Source: Promethearchaeota archaeon
GTDB taxonomy: Archaea > Asgardarchaeota > Lokiarchaeia > Sigyniarchaeales > SOKP01
Direction of reading: 5' to 3'
Length of the DNA stretch: 64,000 nt
NCBI GenBank assembly: GCA_016839585.1
Contig: JAEOTZ010000058.1
Coordinates: forward strand, 65,792-129,791
This document shows positions 9,448 to 19,000 of this stretch, piece by piece. Within the stretch, counting starts at the first letter, position 1. Each line of letters starts with the position of its first letter. The position numbers and the translations under genes are program-made. The notes under the pieces are model-generated. The model saw only the letters and a program-made list of their open reading frames with translations, did not search any database and was not told the DNA's origin.

Positions 9448-9942
9448 ATGAATTTAATTACTCATGTTTTAATTGGTATATTCATTCAAATTTTATGTTT
9501 TAAGTTTTTTACTTTTCCTTTAAACTTTTTACTTACTGTTTTCATTGCTTTTTTATCCCATTTTATAGTTGATGCACTTGCAAAAATTACCTATCATACT
9601 CCTGAACCACATTGGGATGATAAATTCTGGGTTTCTTGGAATATAACTGTGCGTGTTTCTGGTTATATTGCAATATTTCTTTTCTTTCCTTATTATTTAG
9701 GAATGTTATTTGCTAATTTACCAGACATTTGGGATTGGGTAATAGTAAGACGAATTCAAAAAAGGAGAAATATAAATGGAAAAACAGATTACCACCATAG
9801 CAACTTTTTCCATAGAATTGTAGATAAAATCAGAGAAAAAACACTCTTTTGGCTCCCAAATTGGAATTATAAAAAGTTTGGAGTCATACCAGAAATTCTT
9901 ATTGTAATAAATTTGATAATTGCAATTATTTTACTAAGATAG
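9448..9942 (+). CDS. Membrane protein, possibly YdjM/DUF457-type metal-dependent hydrolase
   Basis: An N-terminal ITHVLIG, then SHFIVD and LPDIWD motifs within TM helices. The match is weak. Confidence 0.35.
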   Translation: MNLITHVLIGIFIQILCFKFFTFPLNFLLTVFIAFLSHFIVDALAKITYHTPEPHWDDKFWVSWNITVRVSGYIAIFLFFPYYLGMLFANLPDIWDWVIVRRIQKRRNINGKTDYHHSNFFHRIVDKIREKTLFWLPNWNYKKFGVIPEILIVINLIIAIILLR

Positions 9943-10342
9943 TCATTTTATTCGCTAATTCATCAGAATTTTTAAAATAATACAAATGACTTTTGCAATT
10001 ACAATCAGAAGATCCGAAATCTTTTATAAAACCATCAGCACTTTCCATTAATTCGTTCGCTATTGTACATTCCCATCTTTTAGTAGATGGAATGAGATAT
10101 AAGTGACTTATCCTTGAATTTATATTAGCTAATAAGTAATCAATATGCCAATGGAATTTTTTATTATTTGTACGAGATAAGTGTCTTTTTACTCTATTCA
10201 ATAAAGTTGATGAATTTGCAGTTCCCATTGCGGAACCTACATAAAAATAAGATCCTTTATTAAATAGAATGTAACCTAAAGAACCAACTCGAATTCTTGA
10301 ATTTTTACGTAAAAGAATAACTAAAATATAGGTACCTTTCAT
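9926..10342 (-). CDS. DUF123 (GIY-YIG/Uri-like nuclease superfamily) protein
   Basis: Carries GTYILVILL...VGSLGYILFNKGSYFYVGSA...RVKRHL...HWHIDYL...FGSSDCNCKSHLYYF, the pattern of archaeal DUF123 proteins. Confidence 0.6.
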   Translation of the reverse strand: MKGTYILVILLRKNSRIRVGSLGYILFNKGSYFYVGSAMGTANSSTLLNRVKRHLSRTNNKKFHWHIDYLLANINSRISHLYLIPSTKRWECTIANELMESADGFIKDFGSSDCNCKSHLYYFKNSDELANKMTILVK

Positions 10343-10525
10343 TTATTTGCAATTTTTTTTATGATCATGATAGCATCCATCACATAAATATTCTCCACAA
10401 TTCTTACAAACATTAGCACACATTTCACATATAGAATTCCCACACTCATAACAAGAAAATACTTCATCCTCTACATTTTCACCACAGTTTTCACAGAACT
10501 TATAATCTTCACTCATTTTTACCAC
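10343..10525 (-). CDS. Cys-rich multi-zinc-ribbon mini-protein
   Basis: 60 aa with six CxxC pairs (CENC, CYEC, CEMC, CKNC, CDGC). Its stop TAA abuts the ATG of the DUF123 gene. Confidence 0.6.
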   Translation of the reverse strand: MVKMSEDYKFCENCGENVEDEVFSCYECGNSICEMCANVCKNCGEYLCDGCYHDHKKNCK

Positions 10526-10630
10526 ATTATTAATAACTTTAAATAAATATATCTAAGTGAGCTTAAAAACATCAATTATTCATTGGTAAATAATTTAATT
10601 ATCTTTAGGATAATCACTATTTATTAGGTT

Positions 10631-11137
10631 TCACCTTGTTTTCAATCTAAATTCATTAATTTTACTCCGAATTATTAATATAATCAAAATTGATTGGAGA
10701 AAAATCAATGAATAAAGAAATAGATCTATGAATAAACTCGCATGCATACTTATTCCTAGCCATGATTTTATCCAGCAATCAGGATTTCCATCATTATACA
10801 TTAAGCAATCTGTAACTGCTAAATATACAATATGAAATCCTAACGATAAAATAATCACTAAAAGACCTATAACAATCTGAATATAAAAACTTCGTTTTAT
10901 TCTATTAGGAGGAAATTGTACATTTTCCTTATCATTTAAAGAAGAATGAAAATCATGATCTTGTTTTTCAAGAATTAAATCTTTTAAAACTTTATTTTCC
11001 TCATTTAACTGTTGATTTTCATTATGTAATTGATTATATCTTTTGAATAATTCAGTATAATTAGTGTTTTGCTCTTTTAAATTATCGCTTTTTTGTTTAG
11101 GTTTCACGCCGTTATGTTTAATACCTGTATCAATCAT
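10631..11137 (-). CDS. Coiled-coil plus membrane protein, unknown function
   Basis: A Q/N/E-rich helical N-terminus followed by two or three TM helices. Confidence 0.5.
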   Translation of the reverse strand: MIDTGIKHNGVKPKQKSDNLKEQNTNYTELFKRYNQLHNENQQLNEENKVLKDLILEKQDHDFHSSLNDKENVQFPPNRIKRSFYIQIVIGLLVIILSLGFHIVYLAVTDCLMYNDGNPDCWIKSWLGISMHASLFIDLFLYSLIFLQSILIILIIRSKINEFRLKTR

Positions 11138-11408
11138 GATTCTAATCCTGATTTACTACTTGAGACATTTTTGAACAAAAATTAGGAATTTTTCTCAATA
11201 AAAAAATCTCTAAATATTCTATATCTACCTAGTAATGTACTACTAGTTTAATGAATTAACTGTATTAAAAAATAATTAAAATCTGATTAATTCTTTATAG
11301 CATTCCCTATATCCAATTAAAAAATTATAAAATATAAAAAAAATTTAACTTCAAACCAATTATTAATATTACTTAAAGTAACTCAAAACATAAATAAAGG
11401 ATGATAAA

Positions 11409-12551
11409 ATGGATGATATTTTCTTTTCAGTAAAACATCATACTTTACGAAGAGAGATAAGAGAATTCTTATTAAAAGAATTGGAACCATTAAAGGATGA
11501 TATTAATCTGAAAAAAGAAATCCCATTATCCATAATTAAAAAAATTGGAGAAAAGGGATTTTTTGGACCACTAATTCCAAAAAAGTATGAAGGATCCGAA
11601 TTAGGATTGATTGCTCATTGTTTAATTACAGAAGAAATTTCAAAAATAAATGTCGCTGTTTCTGTAACACGAACCCCTTGTATATTGAATGGTTATCTTC
11701 TCAATAAGTACGGTAGTGAACAACAAAAAGGATTGTTTCTTAAAAAGATTGCCACTGGAGAAAAGCTATGTGGTATATGTGTTACCGAGGAAGAAGCAGG
11801 ATCAAACGTGGCAGGAATTAAAACAGTGGCCCAAAAAAAGGGAAATATCTATCTTTTAAATGGTTCTAAAAAATTCATAACAAATGCGGGAATCGCAGAC
11901 TATTATTTTATTTGGTGTATAACAAATAAAAATGTCAATCCTCGAAATGGGACAAGTGTATTCTTAGTGGAAAAAGATACACCTGGACTAACAATAGAAA
12001 ATCCTTATGGACTAATGGGATTAAATGGAGTATATAACGGTATTATTACTCTTGAAAATGCAGAAATTTCAAAAGATAATCTTATTGGTGAAGAAGGGAG
12101 CGGTTTTCAAAGTTTAATGGATACCTTTAACATAGAAAGAATAACTCTAAGTTCTGAATGCAATGGTATATCTTTAGCAGCTCTAGAAGATTCAAAACGT
12201 TATGCAAAAAACAGAATTCAATTTAATAAACCAATATCGGAGTTTCAACTCATTAAATTAAAAATTGCAGAAATGGCTACAAAACTGCGCGCAGCACGAT
12301 TATTAACCTATAGTGCAGCACAATTAAAGGAAATGAATATAGATATAACCAAAGAAGCTTCAATGGCAAAAACTTTTTCTAGTAGAACGGCAGTAGAAAT
12401 TACTTCAGAAGCAGTTCAGATCCATGGTGGAGATGGATACACAGATTGTTATCCTGTTGAGAGATATATGAGGGATGCAAAATTTTTCCAAATTGGAGGA
12501 GGAACTTCTGAAATTCAGAATTTAATTATAGCACGTGAAGAATTAAAATAA
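11409..12551 (+). CDS. Acyl-CoA dehydrogenase (isovaleryl-CoA-DH-like catalytic-base arrangement)
   Basis: ACAD length and motifs (EEEAGSNVAG, RDAKFFQIGGGTSEIQNLIIAR). The usual YEG glutamate is GGG, and a Glu is present in FNIERITL, as in IVD-type enzymes. Confidence 0.9.
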   Translation: MDDIFFSVKHHTLRREIREFLLKELEPLKDDINLKKEIPLSIIKKIGEKGFFGPLIPKKYEGSELGLIAHCLITEEISKINVAVSVTRTPCILNGYLLNKYGSEQQKGLFLKKIATGEKLCGICVTEEEAGSNVAGIKTVAQKKGNIYLLNGSKKFITNAGIADYYFIWCITNKNVNPRNGTSVFLVEKDTPGLTIENPYGLMGLNGVYNGIITLENAEISKDNLIGEEGSGFQSLMDTFNIERITLSSECNGISLAALEDSKRYAKNRIQFNKPISEFQLIKLKIAEMATKLRAARLLTYSAAQLKEMNIDITKEASMAKTFSSRTAVEITSEAVQIHGGDGYTDCYPVERYMRDAKFFQIGGGTSEIQNLIIAREELK

Positions 12552-12632
12552 AATTAGTTAAATAAGTTTTAAAGAAAATATACTTTTTGCATCTTTAGGT
12601 GTTGCCTTACGGATTTTTTAGTTCCAAAAATT

Positions 12633-13424
12633 TCACTTTTTTCGAAACTGATTGAAATTTGCTTTTCTTTTCTCTATAAATGCATTCTTTCCTTCTACCG
12701 CTTCTTCAGTACCATAGTAAAGAGATAATCCACCAACTCCTAGTTGAGTAATGCCAGTTACTCCATCAGTTTCAGCCAAAAAAGCATATTTTAGCATCTT
12801 CAATGCTGTTGGGCTCTTTTCTAATAGTTCTTGACACCATTGTTCTACTTCTATATCCAACTTTTCGTAAGGCACAACAGAATTCACTAATCCCATTTCC
12901 ATACCCTGCTGTGCTGTGTAACGTCGACAAAGAAACCAAATCTCTTTCGCCCGTTTTATGCCCACTGCACGCATTAAGTCACCAGTTCCATATCCCGGAT
13001 CAAATGAACCTACACGTGGTCCTGCTTGTCCGAACTGTGCATGTTCTGCCGCAATACTGAGATCACAATTAACGTGCCATACATGTCCTCCTCCAATCGC
13101 ATAACCATTCACACGAGCTATGACTGGTTTGGGTAATGTACGGATTAGAAATGTTACTCGCTGCCATCCTACTTCCAAAGGCAACATATACTCTCCCGTA
13201 TAACCGCCCTTCTCGCGTGTTGTTTGATCACCACCTGTACAAAACGCTTTATCGCCTGCACCAGTAAATACCACAACACCAATTTCATTATCCATGCATC
13301 GGTTAAAAGCGTCAATCAATTCATGGATAGTTCGTAGTGCACATGCATTATAACGTTGAGGTCGATTTATCGTTATTCGAGCAATTCTATCTTTCTTTTC
13401 AAATATAATATCTTCATAATCCAT
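12633..13424 (-). CDS. Crotonase-superfamily enzyme of the MenB/BadI (1,4-dihydroxy-2-naphthoyl-CoA synthase-like) subfamily
   Basis: Carries ITINRPQRYNA, FCTGGDQ, GYAIGGGHVWH.CDL.IAAEHAQFGQAGPRVGSFDPGYG and EGKNAFIEKR. It is visibly more GC-rich than its neighbours. Confidence 0.8.
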   Translation of the reverse strand: MDYEDIIFEKKDRIARITINRPQRYNACALRTIHELIDAFNRCMDNEIGVVVFTGAGDKAFCTGGDQTTREKGGYTGEYMLPLEVGWQRVTFLIRTLPKPVIARVNGYAIGGGHVWHVNCDLSIAAEHAQFGQAGPRVGSFDPGYGTGDLMRAVGIKRAKEIWFLCRRYTAQQGMEMGLVNSVVPYEKLDIEVEQWCQELLEKSPTALKMLKYAFLAETDGVTGITQLGVGGLSLYYGTEEAVEGKNAFIEKRKANFNQFRKK

Positions 13425-13564
13425 TTTTCTGATTACCTTATGTTTTTAAAATTTCATTTTCAATGATTAATCACTAAAAATGTTCGTAATGTATTTAAAA
13501 CAAACTATCTGGTCTGAAAAATATATATATCATTTCAACATAAATATATACTAAACTTATAAAG

Positions 13565-13990
13565 GTGAGATTTTTGGCTAAATTTGAAAGAAAAGTAGAG
13601 ATCAATTCATCTCCAAACAAAATTTATGATATATTGAATGATGAAAATCTTGAGGAAAAGTGGAATATTACAGTAAAAAAATTAACTACAATTGAACCAG
13701 ATAAATATTCTGTAAAAACCACAGTGGGAGATATTATTTCAACAGTTACCGAAAGAGATGAAAATAAAAAAATTTCAATGGAAATAGAAGGGGGGCCCTT
13801 CAGCAAGATGGGATATGTTCTTACTCCAAAAGGAGATTCAACTGAAGTAATGGGGTGGGCAGAATTCGAAAACCCAGAACAAGAGAGCATACTTGGTATG
13901 GCTGGTGATATGCTCTTAGAAAGTCTGAAAAAATACGTTGATTTTCTTGAAGGCGGGGGGAATCCTGCTGAATACAACAAAAAGAAATAG
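13565..13990 (+). CDS. SRPBCC (START/Bet v1-like) family protein
   Basis: 141 aa. It is a clear paralog of 47139..47552 (shared ...GDI.ST..E......S......P....GYVL.PKGD..E......F..P.QE.ILG.AG..LL.SLKKY...LE.G.NP.E). GTG start. Confidence 0.55.
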   Translation: MRFLAKFERKVEINSSPNKIYDILNDENLEEKWNITVKKLTTIEPDKYSVKTTVGDIISTVTERDENKKISMEIEGGPFSKMGYVLTPKGDSTEVMGWAEFENPEQESILGMAGDMLLESLKKYVDFLEGGGNPAEYNKKK

Positions 13991-14062
13991 ATTATGAATG
14001 AATTTTCAAATAAAATTTTTTTTTAATTATTTTTTTGTTTTAAATAATAACTAAATTTTATT

Positions 14063-14947
14063 ATGATCTGGAAGACGAGAATTACTAAAATAACAGGTAT
14101 TAAGTATCCCGTTGTTATGGGGGCTTTTGGTGGATGGGGTAAATCAAAATTTGCATCATCTTTTTCAAATGCAGGTGGATTAGGAATCATAGCTGCTTTA
14201 AATTTTCCAAATTTGGAGGATTTTAAAATTGATCTGCAAAATATGAAAAATCTTACTGATAAACCTTTTGGAGTCAATCTTTCATTACCTCATCATACTT
14301 TAATGGATACTAACGAAGATAAAAAGACAAAAAAGAGGTATTTAGAATATTTAGAAGTAGCTCTTAATGAAAATATTAAGATTTTTACTACTTCTGGCTT
14401 TAAAGCAAAATTTTTAGGGGATAGAATACATCAAGCAGGAGGATATTGGTTTCATAAATGTGTTTTAATTAAACATGCTGTTGCAGCAGAAAAAGATGGT
14501 GCAGATGCAGTTACATTAGTCGGTTTAGAAGGTACTGGATTTAAAAATCCTTTTTCAAATACAACTTTGATAAATATAACAATGGCTAAAAAACTGCTTA
14601 AAATACCTATCATTGCTGCCGGGGGGATTGGTGATGCGAGAGGGTATCTTAGTGCTTTAGCATTGGGTGCTGATGCAGTTTGTTTTGGAACCGCATTAAT
14701 GATCACAAAAGAATGTCCCGTAGCTTTAAATATTAAAAAAAAATGGCTCAATATGGATATTTTTGATGAAGATTTTTATAATAGGATTTTTCATTATAAT
14801 GTTAAAAATTTTATGTCTCCTTCTATGGCATTAGGACACCGGAAAGAAATTGTGCCGGTTAAAGCGTTTATTGAAGAAATAATCGATGGAGCAGAAAAGA
14901 TCTTAAAATTATGGGGTTTTAAAACAGAAGAATTTAGCACATTATAG
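14063..14947 (+). CDS. Nitronate monooxygenase / FabK-like FMN-dependent enoyl reductase family protein
   Basis: Carries ITGIKYPVVMGAFGGW...NAGGLGIIAA and IPIIAAGGIGDARGYLSALALGADAVCFGTALM. Confidence 0.75.
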   Translation: MIWKTRITKITGIKYPVVMGAFGGWGKSKFASSFSNAGGLGIIAALNFPNLEDFKIDLQNMKNLTDKPFGVNLSLPHHTLMDTNEDKKTKKRYLEYLEVALNENIKIFTTSGFKAKFLGDRIHQAGGYWFHKCVLIKHAVAAEKDGADAVTLVGLEGTGFKNPFSNTTLINITMAKKLLKIPIIAAGGIGDARGYLSALALGADAVCFGTALMITKECPVALNIKKKWLNMDIFDEDFYNRIFHYNVKNFMSPSMALGHRKEIVPVKAFIEEIIDGAEKILKLWGFKTEEFSTL

Positions 14948-14949
14948 CT

Positions 14950-15861
14950 TTACATGAGGAAGAAGAATATTAAAGAGATGGTACCCAAAATAATCATTGT
15001 TGCACCCATTCCTCTTCCCATTGCTTTAGCAGATAATCTTTGCACATAATTGGAAACAATAAATCCCGTTAAAAATGAACCAATTCCAAGATAGAGAGTA
15101 AATTCCCAATTATAATAGAATTGATTTTTAATAGTAAAACCTAAAATTTGGTATATTGAAAATGTAAAGAAACACATGAAGATACTTAGTAGTAATGCTG
15201 TACCTACAGACTTCTTTATTGGATACCCATAAAGGATTATTAAAACTAAAGTTATAATCAACCCTGAGCTCGCACCAAACATACCTGAATTGATACCGAC
15301 AAAGAATCCAAGTATGATTGCTAAAAGATAAAATAATCTTGAATAGGGTTTAATAAATCCTTGGATTTGTTCATTTTCAACAGGATCTAATTCTTTAAAA
15401 TTATTTTGACTTTCATTATTTGTTTTGTTTTTTGTAAATCTCTTAATAATATTATTTACTGTTCTCTGAACTGAATCGGATGTAGGAAAACCTTTTCTAA
15501 GAATGGCTAATCCTAAACAAATAATAAATATGGGAATCCCCCAACCAAAAACTGACCCTAAAGGAGTTGTCAGTAATATAAAAACTCCAAAAAAGGCGGC
15601 AATACTGGCAATTAGCATTAAAATTAATATGTCCCGACGGAAATAGAATTGCTTTTTTCGGGTATAATTAAAGCCTACTGCGATTGCTGCTATTAAATCA
15701 TTTAAAACACTGATTGCTATTGCTAGAAAAAGATCTCCAGAAATTATTAAAATAAGAGGGACAACGACACCTTGCCCCGTCTGACCAATAAAGCTCATCG
15801 AAATTCCTACAAGTGCTCCAATAAAAATAAGAAAAATTATCTGATAAATTTCTAAGACCAA
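14950..15861 (-). CDS. TauE/SafE-type (DUF81) anion exporter-like membrane protein
   Basis: A 4+4 TM layout with a hydrophilic central loop. TTG start. Confidence 0.5.
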   Translation of the reverse strand: MVLEIYQIIFLIFIGALVGISMSFIGQTGQGVVVPLILIISGDLFLAIAISVLNDLIAAIAVGFNYTRKKQFYFRRDILILMLIASIAAFFGVFILLTTPLGSVFGWGIPIFIICLGLAILRKGFPTSDSVQRTVNNIIKRFTKNKTNNESQNNFKELDPVENEQIQGFIKPYSRLFYLLAIILGFFVGINSGMFGASSGLIITLVLIILYGYPIKKSVGTALLLSIFMCFFTFSIYQILGFTIKNQFYYNWEFTLYLGIGSFLTGFIVSNYVQRLSAKAMGRGMGATMIILGTISLIFFFLM

Positions 15862-16041
15862 AAATAATCAAACCTATATTCTATTATATATATTTCTTAA
15901 ATAATTAATTAAAAATCATTTCACTTTATAATCTTTTGAAACCATCCGTTAATAATCAAAGTAACTATTATGATTTTTATACTAATTAAAAAAAATTAAG
16001 AAAAAAAGGAATAAAAATCTTAGATATCCCTGATATATTTA

Positions 16042-19000
16042 TTATCTTGTGCTTTGAATAAATAGCTGGTCCTTTTTGTGCTCTTTCTCCCATTTTTTAC
16101 GTTCTGAACGTAGCTTGAATAATTCTATATCTTTAAAGATCAAACCTTCTTCTTTTGCAGGTACAATTCGCTCAGTTCGATCCTTTTCCGGTGTATAGAT
16201 TTGGGATTCTCCAAATTCACCAATATTTGCAAAAAAACAATATGCATATATAGATCTACGTGCATCAAAATGAGCTGCTTTAAAATCGGCTGTGACTGGT
16301 GTAAAAGCGGGATTCAGAATTATATCAATCGGGGGTTCGAAATTTTTTAACTCCACTCTTAAATCCATGTCAAGAAAGTCTCGACAAATAGCAATAGCGA
16401 TTCTCCCATATTCTGTATTACAAATGATTGTTTTTCTTGGTAAGCTACTAACATCTATTCCTTCCTTAAAACGATTTCCTTCTCCAAAACTAATAATTGC
16501 AGGAATATGCTTTTCTTGTTCCCAAAGAATCCCTTCGGGCCCGAAAACCATGCAAATGTTCCTTTTTGTTTCTTGGTCATGAAAGGAACCTGGTATTATG
16601 TACATCTCGTATAATTTGGCTAAATCTGCTATCTCTCCGAGACATTGCCCATAATTGAGGTCAATTGTCATTTCTGGGAATAGGAGGATATTGATTCCCT
16701 CTTTATGTGCTCTTTCAATCATTTTTTTAACATTAAATCTGACAGTATTAATCTTATCTTCTCTAAGATTTAAAATACCTGAAGCTCTCATTTCATAAAG
16801 TTCATTCATAATGTCTCCACTCTTAGAAACTCCTATTTGAGCAATACCAACTCTACATTCTCTTTTTTGAACTTTCGGATATTCTTTAACCAAATCTTTA
16901 TAGATAAGTTCATACTTTTTTCGTTCTATTCTCTCCATAGTAACTCGAAGTTCTTCTTCAGTGAACTGACGAGCTTCCCCTAGTCTAGGAGATTGGCTGC
17001 TTTCAATAGGGCAAGAAGGAGCAACTATACCTACAGTACTTCGAGAGATTGATGGTTCTTTTATAGTACTTAAAGCAGAAAAAAGAATGGATTCTTCCTT
17101 CTCTACTCGGTTTAATCTGTCTTGAACCTCAACAACTTTATTTCTATAACCCGCTTTGCTAAATAATTCTAAAGATGACTTTAAATAATTAGATCCAATA
17201 CCTAATAACCTTCCTTTTTCAGTAAAATCTAGTTCTTTATCAGCTTGGATTAAGTGCCAAGCAGCATCAAAATAAATCGAAGAAGCTAAAGCCCAATTTG
17301 CTACATTTTCAAAACCACTTTTACCATAAGAGGAAGCTGCTTTACTTAGCATCAATTTCACTTTAGGATATAAATTCATCTTTATACCAATATCCATGGA
17401 TTCATCAAATTTACAGCTTAACTCAAGAGCTTGGCAAAATGCTGAATTACCTGAAGCTAATAACTTTAACTTCATGTCAACAAAGAGTTCACTAGCTTTT
17501 GTAAATAAATTTGCAGCATAATCAAACCTTTCTGGTTCTTCAAATTTTTCTGCAAGTTCCATACTTTCCCACGCTCGACATAGATAATATATAGCTTCAA
17601 GCTCCTTTCTTTCTCTCTCCAACTTATATCGTGTGCAAACACCTCTAAATACAGAAGCGGCGATCCCGAATTTTTCTGCTGCTGTGGAATGTTCTCCTTT
17701 CTTCCCTAACATTATCGCTTCTTCTAGATTTATTCTAGCAGAACAATAATCAATTCTTACTTCTGCGACCTTTTCAAGCTTTTCTATTCGTTCTTTTTCT
17801 GGTTGCTCTGTAGTTTTCACTAAAGCCTCCTTTAGGATGTGTATAGTTTCTTCGAAAGCTTGTATTGTATGTTTATACTGTTTTATAGCTTCCTCTCTTT
17901 TTTCCTGCTTACTTAATAATTCTGCTTCCTCTAACATTGCCCAAGCTGCATTATAAAATCCCTCAAAATTATATTTAGGAATTTTTTTCAAAATTTCACT
18001 TGCATTTTCGTAACACTCCTTTGCTTTCAAGTGGTCTTCATTTTTATGATATGCTTTAGATTTTTCAATTAGATTCCAAGCATTAGCATATTTTATCTTC
18101 TCCCTAACTCTTTCTCTAAGTGGCCTATATTCAATACTTTTTAATGATTCTGAGTGATTTTTTTCGGCTTTCATATAATTCTCAGCAGAAGAAGTGTGGT
18201 TACCGAGTCGATCCTCTAGGCGTGCGATGTATTCATATGTTGTACCTGCATAAGAATAATAACCTTTCTCAAGACTTCCTTTAATAGCATCAAGCAATAA
18301 CTCTTTTGCCTCTAATAATCTTTCATTATTTTTAGTTAAAATACCTATCTCTTCATAGAGAAAGGCTAACCTCATTTGAGCAGCTATAATGCCTGAGCGA
18401 GACTCTGAAGCATGCTTTAAATAATTTCTAGATGCATCAGCTGCAGATAACAACATTTCAACTCTTTTTTCTTTTTTTTCTGAAACTTCGGCTAAGGTTT
18501 TATAAGCTCTATTGAGACAATTGTAAGTAAATGCTTGAACTTGCCCTCCTCCATATTTATCCCCAATCCTTTTAATTTCATTTGCATAATGGAACATGTG
18601 TTCAATGTTTGTATCTCGCTCTTCTTTTGTTTCAGAAAAACGAACCAACACAGCATAGCTAATGGTGAGGGATAAAAATGAGAATGAATTTGATATATCA
18701 TTTACACTACAATCTAAAGTTCTCAATGCATATTCAACCCCTTTTTCTGCATAAGATTTTCTTTGATTTGGTGTAAAAAAGCTTAATTGGGCAACATTGG
18801 AATAATAAAATGCTGGTAAATGATTCGAATAAAAATAGGACGCTTGCATCATCCCTAATGGGAATTGTATTATATTCCCTGCGTCCCTAATCTCCTTAAT
18901 GTCGTTAATAATTCTTTTTTGTAGATACATAAATTTACCGCTAATAAAGGCATATTCATTTATCAAATAGAGACTCCAAACAATCATAATTTTGTTTTTA

